Shown piece after piece: positions 23,278 to 33,831 of a stretch of DNA of 64,000 bases. The number at the start of each line of letters is the position of its first letter. Position 1 is the stretch's first letter. Where the stretch lies: assembly GCA_964291285.2 (NCBI GenBank), contig OZ219787.1, forward strand, positions 384,001 through 448,000, given 5' to 3'. Under the pieces are notes generated by a model that was not told the origin of the DNA, made no database searches, and worked only from the letters and a program-made list of their open reading frames with translations. Origin of the DNA: Alphaproteobacteria bacterium. Its GTDB lineage: Bacteria; Pseudomonadota; Alphaproteobacteria; Bin95. The translations under genes were made by a program, and so were the position numbers.

Positions 23278-24462
23278 ATGACGACAACAAGACATGGCCC
23301 GGCATGGCCGGGGGACGGCAGGCAGCATGGCGGATGCCGTGCGCGGAGCTTCACGGGCAAGGTTCTTCTTGCGGCCTCGGGTCTTGCGCTTGCGGCGGGT
23401 CCTGCGTCTGCGGCGGAGATGCTGAGCGTGGGCGTCGGCGGCTACATGCAGCAGTGGTTCGGGATGGTCGATGTGGACGACGAGGCGGACGCGATGAAAG
23501 AGGGCGGCGTTGCCCAGCAGTCGGACAGCGAGATCTTCTTCAAGGGCAAGCTGGACGCCGACAACGGCATGACCTTCTCGATGAAGGTGGAGCTCGAGGG
23601 CAACAGTCAGTCGGGTTCGATGATCGACGAGTCGCAGGTGACGGTTGGCGGCGAGTTCGGTCAGATCACGCTGGGAGCCGAGGACAGCGCGGTGGTTCTC
23701 ACCCACATGGGCGTGCGGGATGCCGGTTTCGGCATGCTCTGCGGCGACATGGGCAGATGGATCAACGGCATCAACGAGTGCGGGCCCTCCGGCCTGGGGA
23801 CCGCGGGCCACGGCCTCGGCGACAAGAACCTGGTGAGCTACTTCACGCCGCGGGTGAACGGCGCGCAGATGGCCGTGAGCTACATCCCGAACACCGGGCA
23901 GGAAGGCCGTGGCGGCAATGTGAAGAACAACGACATGGACGCCTGGTCGGTCGCCGGCAACTACAAGGGCGATTTCGGCAACATGAACCTGGCGTTCTCT
24001 GCGGGCCACTACCAGAAGAGCCAGATGGACGACGACGACTACACCTTCTCGAATGCCGGCCTGCGGGTGGGCATGGGGGCGTTCAGCTTCGATGTCGCCT
24101 ATGCCACGGCGGACGACGGGATGAAGACGGACTCCTCGGATGATGTCGAGGTCGTGGCCGCCGGGGTGATGTATTCGGAGGGCGCGCTGGCGGTGAGCCT
24201 GAGCGGCACGATGACCGAGGCCGACGACGGCACGGAGCAGTCGGGCGGCCTGTTTTCGGCGAGCTACATGCTGGCGCCGGGCATTGCCTGGAGAAGCTCG
24301 CTGTTCATGGCCGAGAGGGACCGCGGCACGATGCCCGGCAAGCACGATTTCGGCGTGCCGGCGGCGGAAAGAGGCAAGCCTGCGCCCAGCACCGGCAAAA
24401 ATGCCGCCGGCAGCAACGTCGAGGGCGCCGGGTTCGTGACCGGCATCACGCTGAGCTTCTGA
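23278..24462 (+). CDS. Alphaproteobacterial porin (right arm)
   Basis: About 7 amino-acid differences from the left copy. Confidence 0.9.
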   Translation: MTTTRHGPAWPGDGRQHGGCRARSFTGKVLLAASGLALAAGPASAAEMLSVGVGGYMQQWFGMVDVDDEADAMKEGGVAQQSDSEIFFKGKLDADNGMTFSMKVELEGNSQSGSMIDESQVTVGGEFGQITLGAEDSAVVLTHMGVRDAGFGMLCGDMGRWINGINECGPSGLGTAGHGLGDKNLVSYFTPRVNGAQMAVSYIPNTGQEGRGGNVKNNDMDAWSVAGNYKGDFGNMNLAFSAGHYQKSQMDDDDYTFSNAGLRVGMGAFSFDVAYATADDGMKTDSSDDVEVVAAGVMYSEGALAVSLSGTMTEADDGTEQSGGLFSASYMLAPGIAWRSSLFMAERDRGTMPGKHDFGVPAAERGKPAPSTGKNAAGSNVEGAGFVTGITLSF

Positions 24463-24553
24463 CCTGCGTTTCGCGCGGCGAAGGAACGGTTCAAACGGTT
24501 TGCCCGGTTTGTCCGGGCTTGAGAGAAGGAAGGAGAAGGGTTCGATGGGAACC

Positions 24554-26290
24554 ATGAGACATGTGGCTCTGGCGGCGATGGCCGCTGCGGGCCTGGCGCT
24601 CGCGGGCTGCGGAGGCGGTGGCGGGAAGAAGGCGGCCGCGCCGATGGACGGCGACCAGCAGATGGAGATGACGGACGTCCAGAAGGCGCAGGCGGCCTAC
24701 GACGCCGCCGCGGCAGCCGAGACGGCGGCGATGGCGGCCAGGAAGGAAGCGGAAGCTCAGCTGGCCGCGGTCAAGAAGGCGGTCGAGCCGCCCCAATTCT
24801 CTCGGCAAATGTACATCACCGGAGGCGACAGTTCGGTGGTCCGGACCAACGCCGCGCTCGTGAAAGACGCGAAGGCGGCGGCCGACAAGGCGCTGGCGGA
24901 CGCCAAGGCGGCGCTGAAGGCGGCCGAGAAGGCGCAGACGGACCTGAACGCCCTGTCGGCCGGCACGACCGGCCTTGCGGCGCAGAAGAAGGTGGTCACG
25001 GGTCAGATCGAAACAGTGAAAGCGGAGATCAAGGCCATCGAGAAGACCCTGACCGGGGCCGGCACGATCGGAGACTATTTCTCGAGGGTCGATACCGAGG
25101 CGGAAATCAAGGACCGCGCCGGCGAAACCCTCGCTACAGCTGGCTTCGACAACCTTAATTCGTCAAGGCCCGCGAGGCGGATGCTTGCTGTCTTGTCGCC
25201 TGCGGAAACAGCTCGTACCGGCACCCGCGCCGGCGGTTACGATGGCGTATCCACGAGTATGTGGCTTCACAGGCCGTCAAATCTCTACAAAGACGGTGGG
25301 AACAGTACTCCGCCGACGAAGGTCATCGCCACCGGGACTAACGCCGATCGGAGATCCCTGTTCTATCACAAGTATGACGACGGCGAACTTCCGGCCGGCG
25401 TCATGACCTGGGAGCAGATTGCCGCCAAGGATGGGATGCTCGTGAAGAAGGCTTTCGGCACCGACAACATGGATGTCGATGTCCTGCCCCTTGCCGGGAT
25501 GCCCCTGTCCTCACTCACCGGCTCGGATGGAACGGTCCTGACGGCGTATCCCTCCGACATCTCCGGGGACCAGTATTACAAGGGGGTCAAGGGGACGCTG
25601 TATTGCCAGGGCACCTGCTCTGCCCCTGGCGGCAAGCTGACCGGCAACCTGTTCTTCAAGGCGGCCGACGAATTCGACGATAACTACGCGGGCCACTATC
25701 GCTACTACTGGATAACGCCGAGGAACTCCCACTACACGCAGTGGAATGAATATGCCCGCTACGGGTACTGGCTGTCTGGAGATGGCGATGAAAGGAGCAA
25801 GGTCCATGCCATCGCAGACAGCCCTGCCCCCGAGCGCGGGGAGTTAGGCGTGAACTCCGATCTGCCCGCCACCGCCACCTACAAGGGCGAAGCCTTTGGC
25901 CTGTCGGCGCTGAAGCTCTACACCGCCGGCGAGCACACGGGGCAGAAGTCCGCACGGTTCACGGCGGATGTGACGCTCAACGCCAAGTTCGGGAAGGAAG
26001 GCGCCCGTAAAATGGGAGGCAAGATCGACAACTTCAAGGGGAATGCCGTCAACGAGAACTGGAGCGTCAAGCTCGCGGAGGGCGCGAACAACAACTTCGA
26101 TGTCGAAGGTCTGGCCACGGGTTCCAGCGGCGGCACCGCCTTCGACAAGCCCGGCAGTTGGCAGGCTGGAGCCTTCCACCAGGGCGGCCCGGGGCGCCCG
26201 GCCGGCATGATAGGCACCTTCATCACCCACTTCGTGGACGGGAGCGCCACCGGCGGATTCTCGACGAGGATACAAGCGCCGGCAGAGTAG
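24554..26290 (+). CDS. TbpB-like surface lipoprotein, allele R (Slam cargo)
   Basis: Lipobox LAGC-GGGGG, helical stalk, and barrel ATYKGEAFG...FTADVTLNAKF...GTFITHFVDGSATGGF. Confidence 0.85.
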   Translation: MRHVALAAMAAAGLALAGCGGGGGKKAAAPMDGDQQMEMTDVQKAQAAYDAAAAAETAAMAARKEAEAQLAAVKKAVEPPQFSRQMYITGGDSSVVRTNAALVKDAKAAADKALADAKAALKAAEKAQTDLNALSAGTTGLAAQKKVVTGQIETVKAEIKAIEKTLTGAGTIGDYFSRVDTEAEIKDRAGETLATAGFDNLNSSRPARRMLAVLSPAETARTGTRAGGYDGVSTSMWLHRPSNLYKDGGNSTPPTKVIATGTNADRRSLFYHKYDDGELPAGVMTWEQIAAKDGMLVKKAFGTDNMDVDVLPLAGMPLSSLTGSDGTVLTAYPSDISGDQYYKGVKGTLYCQGTCSAPGGKLTGNLFFKAADEFDDNYAGHYRYYWITPRNSHYTQWNEYARYGYWLSGDGDERSKVHAIADSPAPERGELGVNSDLPATATYKGEAFGLSALKLYTAGEHTGQKSARFTADVTLNAKFGKEGARKMGGKIDNFKGNAVNENWSVKLAEGANNNFDVEGLATGSSGGTAFDKPGSWQAGAFHQGGPGRPAGMIGTFITHFVDGSATGGFSTRIQAPAE

Positions 26291-26316
26291 CCGGCTCCCG
26301 GAGCATCACCTTTTCG

Positions 26317-26351
26317 GGCCCCGGCTGCTTCAGGCGGCCGGGGCCTTCTTT
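26317..26351 (+). terminator. Intrinsic terminator between lipoprotein and Slam (right arm)
   Basis: GGCCCCGGCTGC-TTCAG-GCGGCCGGGGCC followed by TTCTTT. Confidence 0.6.
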
Positions 26352-26405
26352 CCTCCGGCGCCCTCCGGGTTGCCGGAGGTTCCCCTTGCACGGACAATGG
26401 TTTTC

Positions 26406-27656
26406 ATGCGCATACCCGCTCTCGTCATTGCCGCCGGGCTGTGCCTGTTCGCCGCCGCCGCCCACGGCCAGGACGCGACCGGCGAGCGGTTCCGGGCGGG
26501 CATGGAGGCGCTTGCCGCCGCGCAGGCCGCTCCGGACCGGGACGCCCGCGACGGGAAGCTCGACGAGGCGATTGCGGCGTTCCGGGCCATCCTGGTGGAC
26601 CGCCCGGACCTGGTGCGGGTGCGCCTCGAACTCGCGCACGCCTTCTTCCTGAAGGAGGAGGACAGCCTGGCGCGGCGGCATTTCGAACAGGTGCTGGCGG
26701 GGACGCCGCCGCCGGCGGTGGCCGCCAACATCTGGCGCTTCCTCGACATCATGCGCGCGCGGCGGCGCTGGGAGGCGCATTTCGGCCTGGCGGTGGCGCC
26801 CGACAGCAACCTCAACGCCGCGTCGGGGGAGCGCACGGTCTTTCTCGACACGCCGTTCGGGCGCCTGCCCTTCACCCTCGACGGCGACGTGTCGCGCAAG
26901 TCGGGCATCGGCGTCTCGCTGTGGGGCGGCGGCGAATACCAGGTTCCGTTGTCGTCGGCCCTGCGGCTGCGCGCCGGGGCGGACGCCAGCGCGCGGGAAT
27001 ACAAGGGCGGGGCGTTCGACCGCCATTCGCTCTCGGCCCATATCGGCCCGCGCCGGCTGATCGACGGGAGCACGGAGGCGAGCCTGCTGGCGGTGGTGGA
27101 CCGGCAATGGACCGCCGGGCGGCCCGAGACCGACCGCTTCGGCGTCCGGCTGGAAGGCGCGCACCGCCTGACGCCGCGCCTCGCCCTGTTCGCCCACGCC
27201 AGCGCCACCCGGCGCAACTGCCGCGGCTGCAACTGGCTCGACGGCCCGGCGGGCGATGCGATGCTCGGCGCAAGCTGGGCCGCCCTGCCGATCCTGCGCC
27301 TCGGCGGCCATGCCGGATACAACTGGACCCGCGCCAATGCCGGACACTGGCGCAACCGCGGACCCCGGGCCGGCCTCGGCGCGACGCTCGCGCTGCCGGC
27401 CGGCTTCACCCTCGGCCTGCGCGCCTCCCTGCAGCGCGCCGCATACCAGGGACAGGGCTTCGCCCACAATACCATCGACCGCAGGCCGCGCCGGGACGAG
27501 ACGCGCAGCCTCTCGCTCTCCGTGCACAACCGCGCCGTCACCGTGCTCGGCTTCAGCCCCCGCCTCTCGCTCATCCGCGAGGAGCGCGATACCAACGCCC
27601 AGACCCTCGACTACAAACGAAACCGCGCCGAACTCTCCTTCGTGCGACAGTTCTGA
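26406..27656 (+). CDS. Slam/T11SS-type surface lipoprotein exporter (right arm)
   Basis: About 10 amino-acid differences from the left copy in 416 aa. Confidence 0.88.
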   Translation: MRIPALVIAAGLCLFAAAAHGQDATGERFRAGMEALAAAQAAPDRDARDGKLDEAIAAFRAILVDRPDLVRVRLELAHAFFLKEEDSLARRHFEQVLAGTPPPAVAANIWRFLDIMRARRRWEAHFGLAVAPDSNLNAASGERTVFLDTPFGRLPFTLDGDVSRKSGIGVSLWGGGEYQVPLSSALRLRAGADASAREYKGGAFDRHSLSAHIGPRRLIDGSTEASLLAVVDRQWTAGRPETDRFGVRLEGAHRLTPRLALFAHASATRRNCRGCNWLDGPAGDAMLGASWAALPILRLGGHAGYNWTRANAGHWRNRGPRAGLGATLALPAGFTLGLRASLQRAAYQGQGFAHNTIDRRPRRDETRSLSLSVHNRAVTVLGFSPRLSLIREERDTNAQTLDYKRNRAELSFVRQF

Positions 27657-27756
27657 CCGGACACGCCGATAGCGGCAGCATCGGGCCGGGTGCGGCGCAG
27701 GCAGAAGACCGGCGCCATTCGCTCATGAAGGAGCGGGTCTGCCGCGGCCGCCCCGG

Positions 27757-28902
27757 TCATGTCTCCAGCACGGCGCTCATGGCCTGCCCGACGCGTTCCG
27801 CGGCGGCCTCGATGTCGCGGTCGGCGAGATGGGCGTAGCGCAGCGTCATGCGCACACTGGAATGCCCGAGCAGGCGGGAGACCACCGGGACCGGCACGCC
27901 GTTCATCACCGCATGGCTGGCCATGGTATGGCGCAGGTCATGAAGGCGGACATCCCCGATGCCGGCTTCGCGTCTGACGCGGTACCAGAGCGGCAGGTCG
28001 GGGCTGCGCGGGCGGGCGGGGTCGCACGGCGAAGGAAACACGAACGGGCTGCCCGTGCGCGGCTGCCGGTCGAGAATGGCCCGGGCCCCGCTGCCGAGCG
28101 GGACCGTCCTCGGTCCGGTCTTGGCATCGGTGAGCGCCAGCCCGTCCTCGCGGACTTCGGACCAGCGCAGGCCCGTGATCTCGCTTCTGCGGCAGCCGGT
28201 CAGCAGCAGGAGGCGGACGATGTCGGCCTGCTGCCGCGCGCTCTTCCGGGTCTGCGCGTCCAAGGCGGCATGGAGGCGTGCGAGTTCCTCCCGGGACAGG
28301 AACCGCGTGAGCGCCGTGCGGCGGTTCGGGGCGATGCGCCCGACGGGATTGACCTCGATGTGGCCGCAGGCGAGGGCGAAGTTGAGTATCTGCCGCAGAC
28401 GGGCAAGGCAGGGATTGGCGTTGCCCGGCGCGGTGCGGCTGTATCGCTCGAACCAGCGCCGGATGGCGGCCTCGCCGATGCGGTCCAGCGGCTTCGATCC
28501 GAATGCCGGCAGGAGCTGGCCCGCAAGCTGATAGCGGGCGGTCCTCTGCGTCGAGGGCTTGTAGCCGTCGAAATGCGCCTCCTTCCATGGACCGGCGACG
28601 AAATCCCGGAACAGCGGGACCGGCTGCGCCGGCCGGGCCTCTTTTTCCGGCTCGGGGTTCGCCTTGCGGGCATGGCATTCCCTGCGAACCTCCTCCAGGC
28701 TCTTCACGCCGACCGGGCCGAGCGAGACGCGCCTGGTGCGCCCGCCCCTGTCGAGCAGCAGCACCCAGCTGCGCCCGCCGGTGGGCCGCACCCGGACGCC
28801 GAGACCGGCGATGCGCGTGTCCCAGACCGTATATTCCCGCTCGCGGGGGCGGAGACGGGCGACGGCGGCGTCGGTGAGTTTCATCCGTTCCCGGCCCGCC
28901 AT
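27757..28902 (-). CDS. Tyrosine integrase B with arm-binding N-terminal domain (intact)
   Basis: YTVWDTRIAGLGVRVRPTG arm domain, then LTGCRRSE, HDLRH, LLGH and TLRY. Confidence 0.92.
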   Translation of the reverse strand: MAGRERMKLTDAAVARLRPREREYTVWDTRIAGLGVRVRPTGGRSWVLLLDRGGRTRRVSLGPVGVKSLEEVRRECHARKANPEPEKEARPAQPVPLFRDFVAGPWKEAHFDGYKPSTQRTARYQLAGQLLPAFGSKPLDRIGEAAIRRWFERYSRTAPGNANPCLARLRQILNFALACGHIEVNPVGRIAPNRRTALTRFLSREELARLHAALDAQTRKSARQQADIVRLLLLTGCRRSEITGLRWSEVREDGLALTDAKTGPRTVPLGSGARAILDRQPRTGSPFVFPSPCDPARPRSPDLPLWYRVRREAGIGDVRLHDLRHTMASHAVMNGVPVPVVSRLLGHSSVRMTLRYAHLADRDIEAAAERVGQAMSAVLET

Positions 28903-30026
28903 CAGCCTGCCTCCAGCGCCGCGCCGACCGTCTCGGCTGCGTCCTGCACCATGGCGTCGGCGACATGGGTATATTTCAGCGTGGTTTCCGGCCTGCGGTG
29001 GCCCAGCAGCCGGCCGATGGCGAGCACCGTCTCGCCCTGCCGGAGGGCAAGGCTCGCATGCGTATGGCGCAGGTCGTGAAGGCGGGCGTCCTCCAGGTCC
29101 GCCTCGGCGCGGACCCGGTTCCAGAAGTGGAACAGCCAGCTTCCGCTCCGGGGCCGGTCGCCCCTCGATGCCGGGAATATCCACCGCCCCTTCCGCTCGA
29201 GACGATCAAGCACCGCCCGGGCCGGCTCCGACAGCCAGACTGTCCGGGGCCCCGTCTTGGAATCGCGCAGGAACAGGCGGCCTTCGCGGTAGTCGGACCA
29301 TTGCAGGGTGAGGATCTCGCCCTTGCGGCATCCCGTGAGCAGCAGCAGGCGGATGACGGCGACATACTGCGGCCAGCGGGCCTCATGCGCCTTGAGCCTC
29401 CCGGACAGGCGGCGGATTTCCTCGTCCGGGAGGAACCGCTCGCGGCCCTTGCGGCGGTAGCGCCTGATCCCCCGGCAGGGATTGGAGCCCTCCGGGCGCA
29501 GGCCCATGGCCTCCGCCTCCCTCATGATGACGGACAGCACCGGCATCGACCGGTCCGCCGCCGCCGGCACCGCGCGCAGGCGGGCGAACCAGTGCCGCAC
29601 CTCCTGCCGGTCGATCTCCGCAATCGGCCTTCCGGCGAAATGCGGCAGAAGCCGGTTGCGCAGATAGCTTCGGTTCACGATCATCGTTCCGGGCTTCCAG
29701 ACGCCCTCGTGACGGCGGAACGCGATCCCGGCGACGGCTTCGAAGAGCGTCTCGTCCGGCGTGAGCGGCGCCTCCCCGCCGCGCCTGATGGTGGCGAGCA
29801 TCTCCGCAGCCGCGGCCCGCGCTTCGCCGATGCTCATGCTGTCGGCGTCGCCGACAATCTTCCAGATACGCGCGCCGCGATGCTGGCAGTGGATGAAGAA
29901 CTGCTTGCGGCCCGAGGGCGACACACGGACGCCGAACCCCCTGAGCCTGCCGTCGCGGACCTCGCGGACGGACCTGCGGGGCTTGAGCGCCTTCACGCGC
30001 GCCTCGGTGAGGGTAGTCTTCGCCAT
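28902..30026 (-). CDS. Tyrosine integrase A with arm-binding N-terminal domain (intact)
   Basis: VRDGRLRGFGVRVSPSG, LTGCRKGE, HDLRH, LLGH and TLKY. TGATG overlap with integrase B. Confidence 0.92.
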   Translation of the reverse strand: MAKTTLTEARVKALKPRRSVREVRDGRLRGFGVRVSPSGRKQFFIHCQHRGARIWKIVGDADSMSIGEARAAAAEMLATIRRGGEAPLTPDETLFEAVAGIAFRRHEGVWKPGTMIVNRSYLRNRLLPHFAGRPIAEIDRQEVRHWFARLRAVPAAADRSMPVLSVIMREAEAMGLRPEGSNPCRGIRRYRRKGRERFLPDEEIRRLSGRLKAHEARWPQYVAVIRLLLLTGCRKGEILTLQWSDYREGRLFLRDSKTGPRTVWLSEPARAVLDRLERKGRWIFPASRGDRPRSGSWLFHFWNRVRAEADLEDARLHDLRHTHASLALRQGETVLAIGRLLGHRRPETTLKYTHVADAMVQDAAETVGAALEAG

Positions 30027-30145
30027 TGCGTTTCTCCCGGCTCCGGTTGCAGCCGGGGAACGGGCCCTTGCGACCCGCTTCCCCGACCGCTGCATTTCGG
30101 GAGAAAAAACAACGCTATGTCAGATAGTTAGCACCCACAGGTGCG

Positions 30146-31132
30146 CTCACCGGTGTGGAAACATATGAGTATTCGCTGAGCGCCGGGCGCGAGGGCGGCA
30201 TAACGGATATCGACTATCTGAAGCGGGTGGACGCGTTCGTCGAATGGTACCGGGCGCAACCGGAAACCGCGCATGTCTTCGCCATCACCGACATCATGAA
30301 GCGGCTCAACAGGAACCTGCATGGCGACGACCCGGCGTTCAACATTCTTCCCGACGACTCCGATCTCGCCGCGCAATATCTGCTGCTCTACGAATTTTCG
30401 CTGCCCGTCGGCCGCGACCTCAACAATCTCATCGATGTCGGGCGGTCGTCCACGCGCATGACGGTCGTGCTGCGCAGCCTTTCCAGCGACGAGAAGGTCG
30501 CGCTCGACGAACGCGCGCAGGCATGGCTCGGGCAGAACGCTCCCGGCATGGAAACCGGCGCCACCGGAGTTGCGGTCGTCGGCGCCCGGTCGATCCAGAG
30601 AAACATAGAGGGCATGCTGCTCGGCACCTTCATCGCCATGGCCATCGTCTCCGTGCTGCTGCTGCTCGTCTTCAGGAGCGTGCGGCTCGGCGTCATCAGC
30701 CTGATTCCCAATTTCGTCCCGGCCGCCATGGCGATGGGCCTCTGGGGTTATCTGGTGGGCGAGGTCGGCATCGCGGCCTCGGTGGTCACCGCGATCGCGT
30801 TCGGCATCATCGTGGACGACACGATCCATTTCATGACCAAATATGCGGCCGCCCGGAAGAACGGGCTGCTGCCGTCGGAATCCGTGCAGTCCGCCTTCCG
30901 CTCCGTGGGCAAGGCGCTGCTGGCGACGACGGTCGTGTTCGGCCTCGGCTTCATGGTGTTCGGCGCATCGGGCATGGTGACCAACCAGGCGCTCGGCCTG
31001 CTGGCGGGCATGACGGTCATCATCGCCCTCCTGGCGGACTTCCTGTTCCTCCCGCCCCTGCTGATGGTGCTCGACGGGACGAAGGAAACGAGCGAACAGA
31101 TCAGGGAACGGCTGCGGCGGGAGGCCGGATAG
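30146..31132 (+). pseudogene. MMPL/RND-family transporter, C-terminal part only
   Basis: Transmembrane helices with GIIVDDTIHF and LLADFLFLPPLL. The N-terminal part is missing at the integrase-element boundary. Confidence 0.8.
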
Positions 31133-31201
31133 GCGCGCGCGGCGGGCATTGTGCTATCTTCCGCAAAGAGTTTCCGGCAGCAGTGCCGACAGGAGGAAAC
31201 G

Positions 31202-32023
31202 GTGATTCGCGTCTCTCTCCCCCATCCGATGCTCGCCCTGTCCGCGGCCGTGCTTGCCGCGTTCGCCTGGTCGGTTGCGCCTTCCGCCGGCCGCGCCGCC
31301 GACAGCCCCGAGGAGCAGGGGCTCAAGCTCGCGACGGAAGCCCGCGAACGGCAGAAGGGCTTCGGCAATTTCGTCGCGAGCATGACGATGACGCTCCGCA
31401 ACAAGCGGGGCCAGGAGAGCAAGCGCGAAGTCCGCCTGAAGGTCATCGAGGTGGAGGATGACGGCGACCGGACCCTGTTCGTGTTCGACCGGCCGCGCGA
31501 TGTCAGGGGAACGGCGTTTCTCGTCCACGCCCACAAGGAGGAGCCCGACGACCAGTGGCTCTATCTCCCCGCTCTGAAACGGGTCAAGCGCATCAGTTCC
31601 TCCAACCAGTCGGGCTCCTTCATGGGCAGCGAGTTCTCCTACGAGGACCTCGGCACCCCCGAAGTCGAGAAATTCACCCACCGGCTTCTGCGCAGCGAGC
31701 CTTGCGGCGACCTCGAATGCACCGTCTCCGAACGTATCCCCGTCGGCCGGGACTCGGGATACTCGCGCCAGCTGGTCTGGCTGGACCGGGAGGAGTTGCG
31801 CACCATGCAGATCCAGTTCTTCGACCGCAGGGATGCGCATCTCAAGACGATGGTCGTGGAAGGCTACAACAAATATCTCGACCGCTTCTGGCGAAGCAGC
31901 AAGATCACGATGACCAACCACCTCACGGGAAAAAGCACCGTGCTGGACTGGTCGGGCTACGAGTTCGGGACCGACCTCAACCTCGGCGACTTCACCCGCA
32001 CGGCACTGAAACGCGTGCGGTAG
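31202..32023 (+). CDS. Outer-membrane lipoprotein-sorting (LolA-like) protein
   Basis: AGGAGG ribosome-binding site, signal peptide, and DDQWLYLPALKRVKRISSSNQSGSFMGSEFSYED. Typical MMPL partner. Confidence 0.88.
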   Translation: MIRVSLPHPMLALSAAVLAAFAWSVAPSAGRAADSPEEQGLKLATEARERQKGFGNFVASMTMTLRNKRGQESKREVRLKVIEVEDDGDRTLFVFDRPRDVRGTAFLVHAHKEEPDDQWLYLPALKRVKRISSSNQSGSFMGSEFSYEDLGTPEVEKFTHRLLRSEPCGDLECTVSERIPVGRDSGYSRQLVWLDREELRTMQIQFFDRRDAHLKTMVVEGYNKYLDRFWRSSKITMTNHLTGKSTVLDWSGYEFGTDLNLGDFTRTALKRVR

Positions 32024-33831
32024 CGGGTGGGCCGGCCCGGGCCTGTCAGGCAGGCAGCTCGCGCCTCTGCCCGGCGATGTGGAATTTCAGCTTCTTCGTC
32101 GGCTTCATCGACGGAATCGGGTTGAACCGAAGCTCATAGTCGGATGGAGACGCCGATATCGTGAAGTAATGCGCGACCATCATCATGTTGACCGTCATTT
32201 GCAGGAGCGCCTGCCGGATGCCGAGACAGGTATGCGTGCCCAGTCCGTAGGGCGCAAATCCGAAACTGCGATGCGCGCTGATTGGAGGCAGGTAGCGGTC
32301 GATATCGAACGAGAACGGGTCGGGAAACACGTCGTCCATGTAGTGCGAGGCCGTCTGGGCGATATAGACCCGCGACCCGACCGGCAATTCGTGCCCCTCG
32401 ACCACACAGGAGTTCACCACATCGCGCACGGACATCGCGATGACCGGGTACATACGCAGACATTCCTGAAGGAAGCGATGAGTGACATCGGTGGCGGCCA
32501 GGGTAAAGGCCTCGCCGTCCGGATCGCCGTTGTCGAACAGGGCGTCCGCCTCGCTTCGGATTCTTTCGTGGATCTCAGGCTGCGAAATCATGGCGTAAAT
32601 CGCGAAGCTCAGCATATCGCCGAAATACACACTGGTCAGCCCCGTCGCCGTCAGGGCGAATCGCAGATTCGATTCCGGCACCAGTTGCGGATCGCTCACA
32701 TTCAGGCCCAGCACGTCGTCTGCAAGGTTCCGCGGGCAACCGGCGCGCTGGGCGGGCGTGTGAACGCGCCGGACCCGTTCCAGCATCTCGTCAATGGCTT
32801 TCGCCCGGCGTTTCATGCCCGGGGTCTTCAGCGTGAATTCGGGCATGATCTTTATGATATGGACGCTGAGCGCGCGCTCCTTGTAAGTGACCAGATCGTC
32901 GATCAGGTCCTGCGTATCGACCCCGACATGGAGAGACGAAATCTGCTCGTTGACCATGGCCCGGCACAGGGACCTTGCCTGGTAGGTCTCCCCGACCGTC
33001 CAGGTCGCCATGAACTTGCGGACAAGGCGGAATAGCTGGTCAAGCTGGCCGGCGAGCCGTTCGCGCGAATAGGCCGGCGACATGGCCTTGCGAAGCCGGA
33101 AGTGGTCGCCGCCGTCCAGCGAAGGCAATACGCCCGATGCGCCGAAGACGTTCTCGAAGTCGGCAAAATAGCCCCCCGCCCTCAGGTGCATCCGTCCGCT
33201 TTTATGCACCCACCGGTTGACCGACGCCCCGGCAAGGAAGGTCTTGGGTTTGGCGGTCGGCAGCTTTATCTGGAACACTGGGCCATACTCTTTCGCGAGG
33301 TCTGCAAAGAGCGCCGGAAGATGGCCGGTGCGCACATGTGGATTCAACAGCAGGCGATGCAGCGGAACCCGCGGTATGCGCCGGGACAGAGCCGAGGGGC
33401 GGCCCGTCGGGCTGGCGATGTTCTGTTCGACCGCCTCGGCTATGGAGCGGCCGATCAGGTCCATCCTGCAGATGAGTCCGATCCGCGCTTCCGCCTGCTC
33501 GTCGAGTTCGAACATGAAGCGAAAGACGTCGCATGTGTTGACGAGGCAAATGACGATCACGTCCCTCGGATCGGGAATCGTATCGGTGAAGATGGCCTCG
33601 CTGATGCGCGTCCTGATGAACTGGCTTGCGGTGCTCTTTTCCGCGTCGCTGCGCTGGTGCGCAAGCCAGTGAGCCGGTGTCAGCGTCCAGAAATCGCCGG
33701 CGTGATGTTCCAGAATCTTCAACTCCACCAGGCGATCCAGCGTCAAATCGATGACCGTCTCCGCCTGTCCCGCAAACCGTTCGACCCAGTAACGGGCGTT
33801 CCTCTGGTCGGGTTCGTCGGCAATTTCCTTT

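Larger units (their letters stand above)
22406..29604. repeat. Right arm of the ~7.1-kb inverted duplication
   Basis: Reverse complement of 14119-21197 with SNPs, small indels and a diverged lipoprotein. Confidence 0.95.

Noticed and set aside
17375-26290. Diversity-generating retroelement as the cause of lipoprotein variation
   Set aside because: No reverse transcriptase is present, and the differences are not adenine-specific and include indels.
14119-29604. Inverted duplication as a pure fold-back sequencing artefact
   Set aside because: The arms differ by many SNPs, indels, repeat count and whole lipoprotein segments. A two-strain misassembly still needs a long-read check.
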